This document shows, piece after piece, positions 28,427-38,392 of a DNA stretch of 49,588 bases. The notes below the pieces were generated by a model. It was given only the letters and a program-made list of their open reading frames with translations. It was not told the DNA's origin and did not search any database. The position numbers and the translations under genes are program-made. How positions within the stretch are numbered: position 1 is the stretch's first letter; each line of letters starts with the position of its first letter. Where the stretch lies: the NCBI GenBank assembly GCA_964616945.1, contig CAZTUD010000001.1, positions 1 through 49,588 on the forward strand, read 5' to 3'. The stretch comes from an uncultured Prevotella sp. (GTDB lineage: Bacteria > Bacteroidota > Bacteroidia > Bacteroidales > Bacteroidaceae).

Positions 28427-29416
28427 TTAAAGGTATCGGCGGACAAAAGCTTTTATCCTGCGCTCATATTCCAGCCTGTGGTTTTGGTAGCTGCGGGCGT
28501 GATGTGAGCCGTGGAAGACAACAAGATATTTCGGCGCGGGCTTGGCGGCATAGAGCTGGAAAACCATGCGCGTGGGCACGTAGGTGTCGGCTCCACCGTG
28601 GATGAAAAGCATAGGCTTGCGGCACTTTGCCACCTGCCGCAACGGGGAGGCTTCGCCGAACGACCAGCCATATTTAAGCTTGCACAGTGCGGAGGCGGAG
28701 TAGAGTAGGGGAAAGGCGGGCAAGTCGAACTGTTCGCCAATCTCGTAGCTGAACTCGTCCCATACCGACGAATAGCCGCAGTCCTCAATGAAGCATTTTA
28801 CGGGTGAGTCCAACCCTGCCACGTTCATCGTGGTTGCCGCCCCCATTGACAGTCCGTGGAGCAAGATGCGGGCATGGCCTGTGGAGTCTTTGAACAGGTT
28901 GTCGGCGATGGCTATCCACCGCAGTACGTCCTCACGGTCTTTCCACCCCATCTGCATGACCTCGCCGCCGCTTTTGCCGTTGGCGTGGAGGTCGGGGATG
29001 AGAAGGTTCATGCCGAGCTGTCGGCAATAGACATATCCCCAATGGAGCATGTCGATGGCGCAGTCGGTATAGCCGTGCACCAGCACAGCCGTGCGTGGAG
29101 TGGGGTGGGGGGCATTCACTATAAGTGCATGTAGGCGTGTGCTGTCGCTGCCGAAGAGCCGCCTGTCGCCGCCTGGCACCATTATGAACGTGTCGCGCAA
29201 GGCGTTAGCCCTTTGCAGTGAGTCAATCCATTGTCTTGTCCACGGATAGTGTCTTTTCATGCCCGCAAGGTGCGCCTTGTAGTCGCGCCCGTCGTTTTTC
29301 TCGGGCTTTAGCGCGAAGTCAATCAGGTGTGCACTCTCAATGAACAGCGCGATTACGGCAAGTCCAACGATGAGACATAGGCAGCCGCAGCCTTTTGACG
29401 TTTTCGATTTCAGCAT
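28427..29416 (-). CDS. Alpha/beta hydrolase (YqkD-like)
   Basis: VHGY, HGLSMGA nucleophile elbow, EDCGY and FIHG..DTYVP...H; N-terminal TM segment. Confidence 0.9.
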   Translation of the reverse strand: MLKSKTSKGCGCLCLIVGLAVIALFIESAHLIDFALKPEKNDGRDYKAHLAGMKRHYPWTRQWIDSLQRANALRDTFIMVPGGDRRLFGSDSTRLHALIVNAPHPTPRTAVLVHGYTDCAIDMLHWGYVYCRQLGMNLLIPDLHANGKSGGEVMQMGWKDREDVLRWIAIADNLFKDSTGHARILLHGLSMGAATTMNVAGLDSPVKCFIEDCGYSSVWDEFSYEIGEQFDLPAFPLLYSASALCKLKYGWSFGEASPLRQVAKCRKPMLFIHGGADTYVPTRMVFQLYAAKPAPKYLVVFHGSHHARSYQNHRLEYERRIKAFVRRYL

Positions 29417-29427
29417 TTAGATGTTGG

Positions 29428-29847
29428 TTAAATTTGATAACCAAGTTGTTTCATAAGATTGTCAATGGTCTCATGGAAGACCTTAGGGAAATCCACATTG
29501 TCAAGTTCGTTGAAATGCTTGTCGTTTGTGACGATAAGTTTTGCGTTTCCTGCAATGGCACAATCAACAAACTTGTTGTCGTCAGGATCGGCCTTTATGA
29601 GATGGAAATGAAAGGTTGGATCAACGCGAATTACGTTGCTGCGATTGAGAATAACATAACTGATGGTATCAGCTATGTCTGGTCGCAAGTTGCGTCCTAT
29701 AACCTCAATGTATTCTTCCAAAATCTCATTTGATATTACAATGTTGAATTTTCCTTTAAGAAAATCTTGCCATAGTTTATAATATTCGCCTTTGACGGAT
29801 ATTATCATTATAAGGCAGTTTGTGTCAATGACATAACTTTCCATCAT
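29428..29847 (-). CDS. PIN-family toxin
   Basis: VIDTNCL, SNEILEEY and DPDDNKFVDCAIA.NA..IVTNDKHF motifs. Confidence 0.9.
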   Translation of the reverse strand: MMESYVIDTNCLIMIISVKGEYYKLWQDFLKGKFNIVISNEILEEYIEVIGRNLRPDIADTISYVILNRSNVIRVDPTFHFHLIKADPDDNKFVDCAIAGNAKLIVTNDKHFNELDNVDFPKVFHETIDNLMKQLGYQI

Positions 29848-30065
29848 CGGTCGTATGGAGTGCGTTCGTGCAAGGTTTTGAAACTTTCAAATTTCTCGTC
29901 ATTCAGCTCGCCAGTATCCCACATTTCTTTAATGGAATCCTCTGCTTTCTTTGCAAAGTAATTTGCAATGACGTTTTTGAGATCTTGCAAGGACTCAGGA
30001 GATTGTATGTATGACATCATCCTAAGCACGTCCAACTGGGCTTGGTTTAATACCGTTGCTTCCAT
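29844..30065 (-). CDS. Putative antitoxin
   Basis: MEATVLNQAQL...LHERTPY; ATGA overlap with the PIN gene; TTTG-N20-TATTTTTG promoter upstream. Confidence 0.75.
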   Translation of the reverse strand: MEATVLNQAQLDVLRMMSYIQSPESLQDLKNVIANYFAKKAEDSIKEMWDTGELNDEKFESFKTLHERTPYDR

Positions 30066-30127
30066 TGTATTTTCTTTTTTTGCAAAAATAAGAACATATT
30101 TGTTATACGCCAAATAATTTCTTATTT

Positions 30128-31066
30128 TTAAACCTTTATTTCCCTCTTTATCTCTTCCAAGCTGATTTTCTTCCTCACTTTCACGCGGTCGAAGCCCATG
30201 CCGTAAACACCGATGACCGCGCTTTGGGCAACGAAGGCGTTGGGGTCGATTTCGTCGATGAGGTCGAAGATGAACGACGACTCGCTTTTCTTGGCAATGC
30301 AGAAGATGACTTTCTTGTCCTTGCCGCTGTAGAAGCCGTTGCCGTTGAGCGTGGTGCAGCCCCGGTCGGCAATCTTGTTTATCGCCTCGCCAATCTCATG
30401 CCACTTGTCGGAGATGATGAAGAACTGCACGCTGCGGCGCAGCGAGTTGACTACGTAATCGACGCAGAACGATACGATGAAGAGCAGCACGTAGCCGTAG
30501 AGAACTTTCTCCCAGTCGCGCAGCACAACGTATGACGACGTTATGATGGCGAGGTCGCAGAAGAGGATGACATGACCGAGCGACACGTCGCGGTATTTGT
30601 GGACCATTGCCGCCACTACGTCGCTGCCGCCAGTGGAGCCTCCAGCCGACAGGCCGAGGCCGACGCTCGTGCCCATGAACACGCCACCCACGATGCACGC
30701 CATGAACTTCTGGTCGGCAAGCAGGTGGATGTCGGCACCGCCAAGCCATTGGAAGACGGTGGAGGCGAGGGTAAACACGACAACGCCGTAGATGGTTTTC
30801 ACGCAGAACTTCCAGCCGAGTATTTTCAGCGCGGCAATGAGCAATGCACCGTTGATGGCGAAATAGGTGTATTGCGTTTGGATGCCCGTGCCCCAGTAAA
30901 CGATTTCGGCGATACCCATTGTGCCGCCCATTGTTATCTCATTGGGCACCAGGAACATGTTCAGGCCGATGACACCCATCAGCATTGCCACTGTGATGAT
31001 GGCGTAGTCGCGTATGGTCTTGTATATCGACTTGCCTTTCTTTCTCCTTGTTTCCATAAAAATCAT
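30128..31066 (-). CDS. YitT family membrane protein
   Basis: Multiple TM segments; GGSTGGSD, RG.T.L.G.GFYS and IDPNAFV....V.G.GF motifs. Confidence 0.9.
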   Translation of the reverse strand: MIFMETRRKKGKSIYKTIRDYAIITVAMLMGVIGLNMFLVPNEITMGGTMGIAEIVYWGTGIQTQYTYFAINGALLIAALKILGWKFCVKTIYGVVVFTLASTVFQWLGGADIHLLADQKFMACIVGGVFMGTSVGLGLSAGGSTGGSDVVAAMVHKYRDVSLGHVILFCDLAIITSSYVVLRDWEKVLYGYVLLFIVSFCVDYVVNSLRRSVQFFIISDKWHEIGEAINKIADRGCTTLNGNGFYSGKDKKVIFCIAKKSESSFIFDLIDEIDPNAFVAQSAVIGVYGMGFDRVKVRKKISLEEIKREIKV

Positions 31067-31166
31067 TTAATGGTGCAAAAATAAGGATTTTTTCCTTAAC
31101 TTTGCACCAAAAATAAAGATAAAAGATAATAGATAACGGATAATAGATAAATTTGGCAAACGACAA

Positions 31167-32999
31167 ATGAATATTGAGAAAGAAATAAGCTCCTCGGCCC
31201 TTGCCGCCGTGAAGCAGCTCTACGGACAGGACGTGCCAGAGAAGATGGTGCAACTGCAAAAGACGAAGCCCGGCTTTGAGGGCAACCTGACGTTGGTGGT
31301 TTTCCCATTCTTGAAAATGTCGCACAAGAAGCCGCAGGACACTGCCAAGGAGATTGGCGACGTGCTCGTGCGCGACTGTAAGGTTGTGTCGGCTTACAAT
31401 GCCGTGGGCGGTTTCCTCAACCTTGTCATTGCCCCGGAGGCGTGGATTGACATGCTGCGAGACATTGACGCCGACCCAGACTTCGGTTTGACTAAGGCAA
31501 CGGAAGGCTCACCCTTGGTGATGGTGGAGTATTCGTCGCCAAACACCAACAAGCCACTCCACCTCGGCCATGTGCGCAACAACCTGTTGGGCTGGAGCCT
31601 CGCGAAAATTCTTGAGGCCAACGGCAACAAGGTGGTTAAGACCAACATTGTGAACGACCGAGGCATACACATAATGAAGTCGATGCTCGCATGGCAACGT
31701 TGGGGCAACGGCTGCACGCCGGAGTCGACTGGCAAAAAGGGTGATCACCTCATTGGCGACTTTTACGTGCTGTTCGACAAGCACTACCGTGAGGAGTGCG
31801 CGGAGCTGAAAGCCAAATACATTGCTGAGGGCATGGACGAGGGAAAGGCTGACGAGAAAGCCAAGAACGAGGCACCGCTCATAAAGGAAGCCCACCAGAT
31901 GTTGGTGAAGTGGGAGGCGGGCGACCCAGAGATACGCGCCCTGTGGCAAAAGCTCAACAACTGGGTATATGCTGGTTTCGACGAGACCTACAAGGCTCTC
32001 GGCGTGAGCTTCGACAAAATTTACTATGAGTCGCAAACCTATCTTGAGGGCAAGCGCAAGGTTGAGGAAGGCCTCGAAAAGGGCTTGTTTTACAAGAAAG
32101 AGGACGGCAGCGTATGGGCCGACCTCACCAAGGACGGGCTCGACCAAAAACTGCTGCTTCGCTCAGACGGCACATCTGTCTATATGACGCAGGACATCGG
32201 CACCGCCGAGATGCGCTTCAATGACTACCCAATAGACAAGATGATATACGTGGTAGGCAACGAGCAGAACTACCATTTTCAGGTTCTCTCAATGTTGCTC
32301 GACCGCCTCGGCTTCAAGTGGGGCAAAGACTTGGTTCACTTCTCTTACGGCATGGTGGAGCTGCCCAATGGCAAGATGAAGAGCCGCGAGGGCACGGTGG
32401 TTGACGCCGATGACCTAATTGCTGAGATGATAGCCGACGCGCGCAAGACGAGTGAGGAACACGGCCAGTCGAAAGACTTCTCCGAGGCAGAGAAACAGGA
32501 GATAGCCCGCATCGTGGGCATGGGTGCATTGAAGTATTTCATACTGAAGATTGACGCACGCAAGAACATGTTGTTCAACCCCGCCGAGTCAATCGACTTC
32601 AACGGCAACACTGGCCCATTCATACAATACACGTATGCACGCATACAGAGCATTCTACGCAAGAGCAAAGAGACAGGAATAGGGCTTGGTGGCAATCATA
32701 AATCTCAAACCTCAAATCTCAAACCTCAAATTAATGCCAAGGAGGTTGAGCTTGTGCAGAAGCTCGATGGCTTCAAGGCGGCAGTTGCCGACGCAGGGCA
32801 GAACTACAACCCTGCCGGCATTGCCAACTACTGCTATGAGCTGACAAAGCTCTTCAACCAGTTCTACCATGACTACAGCATCCTCTCTGCCGATACCGAA
32901 GAGGAGAAAGCTTTCCGCCTGATGCTTGCCAGGAACGTAGGCAAGGTGATAAAGAGCGGCATGGCACTTCTTGGCATTGAGGTGCCTGAGAGAATGTGA
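31167..32999 (+). CDS. argS: Arginine--tRNA ligase
   Basis: VEYSSPNTNKPLHLGHVRN, KMKSREG, GNTGPFIQY.YARI and PERM C-terminus. Confidence 0.98.
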   Translation: MNIEKEISSSALAAVKQLYGQDVPEKMVQLQKTKPGFEGNLTLVVFPFLKMSHKKPQDTAKEIGDVLVRDCKVVSAYNAVGGFLNLVIAPEAWIDMLRDIDADPDFGLTKATEGSPLVMVEYSSPNTNKPLHLGHVRNNLLGWSLAKILEANGNKVVKTNIVNDRGIHIMKSMLAWQRWGNGCTPESTGKKGDHLIGDFYVLFDKHYREECAELKAKYIAEGMDEGKADEKAKNEAPLIKEAHQMLVKWEAGDPEIRALWQKLNNWVYAGFDETYKALGVSFDKIYYESQTYLEGKRKVEEGLEKGLFYKKEDGSVWADLTKDGLDQKLLLRSDGTSVYMTQDIGTAEMRFNDYPIDKMIYVVGNEQNYHFQVLSMLLDRLGFKWGKDLVHFSYGMVELPNGKMKSREGTVVDADDLIAEMIADARKTSEEHGQSKDFSEAEKQEIARIVGMGALKYFILKIDARKNMLFNPAESIDFNGNTGPFIQYTYARIQSILRKSKETGIGLGGNHKSQTSNLKPQINAKEVELVQKLDGFKAAVADAGQNYNPAGIANYCYELTKLFNQFYHDYSILSADTEEEKAFRLMLARNVGKVIKSGMALLGIEVPERM

Positions 33000-33529
33000 A
33001 GCCCCACCCCAGCCCTCCCCGATAGGGGAGGGGGAAGCAAACCACATAAACGCTACAATATATTTTAGGTGAAAGGAGAAAAGACTTTTGTCTTCGAAAC
33101 TGCCGATACCATATCGTATGATCTTCTGAAGCAATATGCAAAGGAGAATAGGCTTTTTATGACAGAAGCAGAGAGTGTGTTGTGGCGGTTGCTTCGTGAC
33201 AAGGGGATTGGAATAAAATTTAGAAGGCAACATGCCATAGGAAACTATATAGCAGATTTTGTCAATCTGCATTACAAACTGGTCATTGAGGTAGATGGCA
33301 AGTATCATTTTAAAGGCGATAAGCCTGTTGCTGATGCCGAATGTACAGCCGACCTTAACAGTATGGGCTACACTACTGTACGTTTCACAAATGAGGAAGT
33401 ACTTGGAAACCCAGACAAAGTGTTGTGTCAAATAAAGACTATCGTACAGGATATGGAAATACACAGACCCCGACTTTCTGCCACTCAAGCATCTCCCTCC
33501 CCTATCGGGGAGGGCAGGGGTGGGGCTTC
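32998..33529. mobile_element. DUF559 endonuclease cassette bounded by 37-bp inverted repeats
   Basis: Left GAAGCCCCACCCCAGCCCTCCCCGATAGGGGAGGGGG (32998-33034) and the reverse complement of right 33493-33529 differ at 2 positions; lower-GC interior. Confidence 0.7.
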
Positions 33530-33935
33530 GGTGAGGGCGAACGCCTGGGCTGTTGACGCGGCCTGCTCTGGCAATCCTGGGCCGATGGAGTATCAGGGCA
33601 TTGACTTGCAGACGGGAGCGAGGGTGTTCCATTTCGGGCCAGTCTATGGCACAAACAACATAGGCGAGTTCCTTGCCATAGTGCATGCCTTGGCGTTGAT
33701 GGACAAGCTCGGCATTACCGACAAAACAATCTATTCCGACTCCTACAACGCCATTCTTTGGGTGAGGAAAAAGCAATGCAAGACGAAGCTTGAGCGCAAC
33801 GAGAAAACAGAACAACTCTATCATATCATTGGACGGGCCGAACAATGGCTACGCTCGCACGCCGTCAGAACGCCCATCATTCAATGGGACACGCGCCGAT
33901 GGGGAGACATCCCCGCCGACTTCGGGCGCAAGTGA
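33069..33935 (+). CDS. rnhA: DUF559 (Vsr-like) endonuclease domain fused to ribonuclease H1
   Basis: MTEAES.LW..LR, FRRQH.IG.YI.DF, LVIEVDG.YH and RFTNEEV; then VDAACSGNPG, TNNIGEFLA, YSDS and IPADFGRK. Confidence 0.85.
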   Translation: MKGEKTFVFETADTISYDLLKQYAKENRLFMTEAESVLWRLLRDKGIGIKFRRQHAIGNYIADFVNLHYKLVIEVDGKYHFKGDKPVADAECTADLNSMGYTTVRFTNEEVLGNPDKVLCQIKTIVQDMEIHRPRLSATQASPSPIGEGRGGASVRANAWAVDAACSGNPGPMEYQGIDLQTGARVFHFGPVYGTNNIGEFLAIVHALALMDKLGITDKTIYSDSYNAILWVRKKQCKTKLERNEKTEQLYHIIGRAEQWLRSHAVRTPIIQWDTRRWGDIPADFGRK

Positions 33936-33983
33936 AATACCTAAAAATAATAGCCAATAACTTGACTATTCTACAAACCTGGC

Positions 33984-34019
33984 AGGGCCGTAGCTGTGAT
34001 AAGCCGCGGCCCTCTTTCT
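33984..34019 (+). terminator. Probable intrinsic terminator
   Basis: AGGGCCG...CGGCCCT stem followed by CTTTCT. Confidence 0.55.
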
Positions 34020-34135
34020 TGCCTACGTTTAGTCAAAAAGCAAAGGGAAAGAATTAAAAAAACAGAAAAGCTTTGCCAAATGCAAACAATATCGTATTTT
34101 TGCAGACAAATAAACCAAACCAAAGGAAAGTAATT

Positions 34136-34687
34136 ATGAAAAAACTCATGTCTCTGGCCCTGCTTGCCCTCATGGTTGTCGCAGCCAAGGCGCAGGTGGA
34201 GTTCACCTCCGACCTCGTGACAAATGGTACGTCTGAAGCACAGATTGTCTTTACCGGCAAGATTGCCCCAGGCTGGCACGTTTACAGCACCGAGCTTGGT
34301 GCCGACGGCCCCATACAGGCATCGCTCAATGTCAACAGCCTCGACGGCGTGGAGCTTGTGGGAAAACTGACCCACGAAGGTGATGAGATTGCGAAGCACG
34401 ATAACCTTTTCGACATGGACTTGCGCTATTTTGAGAACAGCGTGAAGTTCATACAGAAAGTGCGCTTCACCAAGAAGGACTACAAGATTGACGCTTATCT
34501 GGAGTATGGCGCATGCAACGACCAGAATTGCCTGCCGCCAGCCCAGGTGGAGATACAGAAGCAGGGCACTGCCCCAGCTGTGGCAGCGATCGGGAATGTT
34601 GTGACAAAGAAAGCCGCGAAAGGGAGCAGTGCCAAGAAGGCAAAGGGAGCGGCAAAAAAGAGCTCCAAAATGTCTGCAAAAAGGTAA
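34136..34687 (+). CDS. Stand-alone DsbD N-terminal domain protein with Lys/Ala-rich tail
   Basis: Signal peptide; GWHVYS and GACNDQNCLPP; paralogous to the N-terminus of 34897..36969. Confidence 0.85.
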   Translation: MKKLMSLALLALMVVAAKAQVEFTSDLVTNGTSEAQIVFTGKIAPGWHVYSTELGADGPIQASLNVNSLDGVELVGKLTHEGDEIAKHDNLFDMDLRYFENSVKFIQKVRFTKKDYKIDAYLEYGACNDQNCLPPAQVEIQKQGTAPAVAAIGNVVTKKAAKGSSAKKAKGAAKKSSKMSAKR

Positions 34688-34896
34688 AGCCTGCAATAAC
34701 TGAAAATCCAACGACCTTTTCTTAAATACCAAAAACAGAAGTGATTTTTAGTTTTTAACTTTGCGGTTGCAAGCCAGTCGCAAAGTTAAAAACTATCAAT
34801 AATATTGCATTTTGATACCCAATTCATGCTTGAAAGCGTATAAAGTTATATAAGGTTACTGAAAATCAAATCTAAATCAAGGAGATTATTTAACAC

Positions 34897-36969
34897 ATGA
34901 AAAAAGCAATGACCTTGGCCCTGCTGCTGGTTGTAAGCATCCTGGCCCATGCACAAATGCTCGACCCCGTGCATTTCTCTTCACAGTTGAAGACAGGCAA
35001 GACAGCAGAGGCGGAGATTATTTTCACGGGAAAAATAGACAAGGGCTGGCACGTCTATAGCACAGACCTTGGTGCTGACGGTCCCATCTCGGCGACATTC
35101 AATGTCAACAAGCTCGATGGCGTGGAGCTTATGGGCAAGCTTCAGCCACGTGGCAACGAAATAAAGAGCTTCGACAAGCTTTTCGATATGACGCTACGTT
35201 ATTTCGAGAACTCGGTAACTTTCGTGCAGAAAGTGAAGTTCACCAAGCCCAATTATACTATCGACGCTTATCTTGAATACGGTGCCTGCAACGACCAGAA
35301 CTGTATGCCGCCGACAAGCGTGGATATAAAGAAATCGGGCAAGAGTCCTGCCGTGGACGCCAAGGCTGCCGAGGAGGTAAAGAAGGAGGAAGCCAAAGAA
35401 GAGGCTGTGGAAGAGCAAGCCAAGGTCGAAACGGCGAATACCGACTCTGCCAAAGCCTTAAATGCCGACTCTGTAGCCCAGGCCACAGCAGCCTTGGCAA
35501 ATGTCAGCGAGACAGATTCCGCAAATATTTGGAAGCCGGTAATAAAACAACTGCAGCAGTTTGGCGGCACCAACGACATTGCCAACCACTCGTTGCTATA
35601 CATCTTCTTGATGGGCATTGTGGGTGGTTTGCTCGCGCTCGTCATGCCTTGCATTTGGCCAATCATCCCAATGACGGTGAGCTTCTTCCTGAAGCGCTCA
35701 AAAGACAACAAGAAGCGCGGCATACGCGAGGCCACTACATACGGCATCTCAATCATCGTAATCTATCTTGCGCTCGGCATCGGCGTGACGGCGATTTTCG
35801 GCCCGTCAACGCTCAACGCCCTTTCCACCAATGCGGTGTTCAACATTTTCCTCTTCCTGTTGCTCGTGGTGTTTGCCGTGAGCTTCTTCGGATGGTTCGA
35901 GATAAAGTTGCCTGATTCGTGGGCAAACAAGGTTGACACCAAGGCGAGCAACACCACTGGTCTCATTTCCATATTCCTCATGGCGTTCACGCTGGTGCTT
36001 GTGAGCTTCTCGTGCACCGCGCCCATCATTGGTCTGCTGCTCGTGCAGACGGTTACGTCGGGCGACTGGCTCGCCCCTGCCGTGGGCATGTTCGGCTTCG
36101 CGCTGGCTCTCGCCGTGCCGTTCTCGCTCTTCGCCATGTTCCCCACGCTGATGAAGAAAAGCCCTAAGAGCGGCTCGTGGATGGACCAGATAAAAGTGGT
36201 GCTCGGTTTCATAGAGCTTGCGTTTGCGTTGAAGTTCTTCAGCGTTGCCGACCTCGCCTACGGGTGGCACCTTATGGACCGCGAGGTGTTCCTGGCCTTG
36301 TGGATAGTCATTTTTGGTGCGCTCGGTGCATATCTCGTGGGCTGGCTCAAGTTCCAGCAGGATGCCATCGGTGGTGAGCTTAACAAGCCCATGCCTGTGC
36401 CGGCAATCATGCTCGGTCTCTGCTCGTTCGCCTTTGCCATCTACATGATTCCAGGGCTGTGGGGTGCTCCCTGCAAGGCGGTGTCGGCATTCGCCCCGCC
36501 TATGAACACACAGGACTTCAACCTCAACAACAAGGTGGTTGAGGCAAAATACACAGACTATGACTTCGGTATGGCTGCCGCCAAGGCACAGGGTAAGCCC
36601 GTGATGATAGATTTCACTGGCTTTGGCTGCGTCAACTGCCGCAAGATGGAGGCTGCCGTTTGGACTGACCCAAGCGTCGCCGACAAGCTGACGAAGGACT
36701 ACGTGCTGATTTCACTTTATGTTGACGACAAGACCAAGCTGCCCGAGCCAATCGTGGTGAAGGGCGCAAACGGACAACCGCGTACGCTGCGTACCATTGG
36801 CGACAAGTGGAGCTACCTGCAGGCCTACAAGTTCGGGGCCAACGCCCAGCCGTTCTACGTAACGGTTGACAACAACGGCAACCCGCTTTCTGGTTCCTTC
36901 ACCTACAAGGAGGACGTGCCTGCTTACCTCGACTTCTTGAACAAGGGTCTTGACGCTTATAAGAAATAA
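34897..36969 (+). CDS. dsbD: Thiol:disulfide interchange protein DsbD
   Basis: CNDQNC; MPCIWPIIPMTVSFF and SFSCTAP TM cysteines; DFTGFGCVNCRKME thioredoxin domain. Confidence 0.93.
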   Translation: MKKAMTLALLLVVSILAHAQMLDPVHFSSQLKTGKTAEAEIIFTGKIDKGWHVYSTDLGADGPISATFNVNKLDGVELMGKLQPRGNEIKSFDKLFDMTLRYFENSVTFVQKVKFTKPNYTIDAYLEYGACNDQNCMPPTSVDIKKSGKSPAVDAKAAEEVKKEEAKEEAVEEQAKVETANTDSAKALNADSVAQATAALANVSETDSANIWKPVIKQLQQFGGTNDIANHSLLYIFLMGIVGGLLALVMPCIWPIIPMTVSFFLKRSKDNKKRGIREATTYGISIIVIYLALGIGVTAIFGPSTLNALSTNAVFNIFLFLLLVVFAVSFFGWFEIKLPDSWANKVDTKASNTTGLISIFLMAFTLVLVSFSCTAPIIGLLLVQTVTSGDWLAPAVGMFGFALALAVPFSLFAMFPTLMKKSPKSGSWMDQIKVVLGFIELAFALKFFSVADLAYGWHLMDREVFLALWIVIFGALGAYLVGWLKFQQDAIGGELNKPMPVPAIMLGLCSFAFAIYMIPGLWGAPCKAVSAFAPPMNTQDFNLNNKVVEAKYTDYDFGMAAAKAQGKPVMIDFTGFGCVNCRKMEAAVWTDPSVADKLTKDYVLISLYVDDKTKLPEPIVVKGANGQPRTLRTIGDKWSYLQAYKFGANAQPFYVTVDNNGNPLSGSFTYKEDVPAYLDFLNKGLDAYKK

Positions 36970-37020
36970 AGTTCTGTCGTATGCCAAGCCGCTTGCGACT
37001 TGGCTAAAGCTTTAAGACTA

Positions 37021-38313
37021 ATGTTAGAAAAAACACTAAGGGAGCAAATCATAGCTCTTATAAAACAGCAAGTGGTGCCTGCCGTGGGCTGCACTGAGCC
37101 TATGGCGGTGGCGCTGTGCACGGCACGGGCGACCGAGGACTTGTGCAAGCGGCCTGAGAAAATAAGTGTGCTGCTGAGTGGCAACATGCTCAAGAACGCA
37201 ATGGGCGTTGGCATTCCTGGCACTGGCATGATTGGCCTGCCGATAGCTGTCGCCCTGGGTGCCATAGTGGGCAAGAGCCAGTACCAACTTGAGGTGATAA
37301 AGGACCTTACGCCCGAAACACTTGACGAGGGAAAGCAGTTCATCAGTGACCCAAGCCGCATAGACATAAAGCTGAAGCAGAACATCACCGAGAAGCTTTA
37401 TATAGAGGTTACCTGCGAGGCTGGCGAGGACAAGGCTACGGCGATAATCGCCGGCTCACACACCAACTTCGTCTATGAGGAGCGTAACGGCAAGGTGTTG
37501 CTCGACAAGCGCAAATGTGTCGGTGAGAACGCAGAAGACGGCGGTATAAAGCTCAACATGAAGACAGTTTGGGACTTCGCCACTACGACGCCTATAGACG
37601 AGATAAGCTTCATGCTCGCGGCACGCGACTACAACATACGCGCCGCCGAGGAGAGCAAGAAAGGCAACTACGGCCACTGCCTCGGCAAGACCATAGAGCG
37701 GCCGCTGAGCCACGGCATCTTCGGCGACTCAATTTACTGCCATATCATCTCGGAGACAGCCCTCGCCTGCGACGCACGAATGGGCGGGGCCATGATACCT
37801 GTGATGAGCAACAGTGGTTCGGGCAATCAGGGCATTTGCGCCACCAACCCCGTGGCTGTTTTCGCGAAAGAGAACGAGAACACCGAGGATGAGCTTATTC
37901 GCGCCCTCACATTGTCGCATCTCACGGCAATATACATCAAGCAAAGCCTCGGCACGCTGTCGGCCCTTTGCGGTTGCGTAGTGGCGAGCACAGGCTCGAG
38001 CGTGGGCATCGTCTATCTCATGGGAGGCGACTACGAGCGCGTCTGCTTTGCCATACAGAACATGATAGCCAACCTGACGGGCATGATTTGCGATGGGGCA
38101 AAGCCGTCGTGCAGCATAAAGATTTGCTCGGGCGTATCGTCAGCTTTGCTGTCGGCTTTGCTGTCCATACAGGGGCACCATGTGACGGCCGCCGAGGGCA
38201 TAATAGACCAGGATGTCGACAAGAGCATACGCAACCTTACCAGCATTGGCAAGGAGGCCATGTGCCCTACTGACGACATGGTGCTTGACATAATGACTCA
38301 CAAGGGCTGTTGA
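37021..38313 (+). CDS. Serine dehydratase alpha-like / UPF0597 (YhaM/CyuA cysteine desulfidase-like) protein
   Basis: PAVGCTEP, KNAMGVGIPG, DARMGG...SNSGSGNQG, LSALCG and GMICDGAKPSC motifs. Confidence 0.88.
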   Translation: MLEKTLREQIIALIKQQVVPAVGCTEPMAVALCTARATEDLCKRPEKISVLLSGNMLKNAMGVGIPGTGMIGLPIAVALGAIVGKSQYQLEVIKDLTPETLDEGKQFISDPSRIDIKLKQNITEKLYIEVTCEAGEDKATAIIAGSHTNFVYEERNGKVLLDKRKCVGENAEDGGIKLNMKTVWDFATTTPIDEISFMLAARDYNIRAAEESKKGNYGHCLGKTIERPLSHGIFGDSIYCHIISETALACDARMGGAMIPVMSNSGSGNQGICATNPVAVFAKENENTEDELIRALTLSHLTAIYIKQSLGTLSALCGCVVASTGSSVGIVYLMGGDYERVCFAIQNMIANLTGMICDGAKPSCSIKICSGVSSALLSALLSIQGHHVTAAEGIIDQDVDKSIRNLTSIGKEAMCPTDDMVLDIMTHKGC

Positions 38314-38342
38314 CCATATTAATCTCTCATTCTCATAAATCA

Positions 38343-38378
38343 GAAGCCGGCTGTAGCAGTGATGCCACGACCGGCTTC
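38343..38378. terminator. Hairpin between convergent genes
   Basis: GAAGCCGG...CCGGCTTC stem. Confidence 0.55.
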
Positions 38379-38392
38379 ATCCTTTTCACTCC

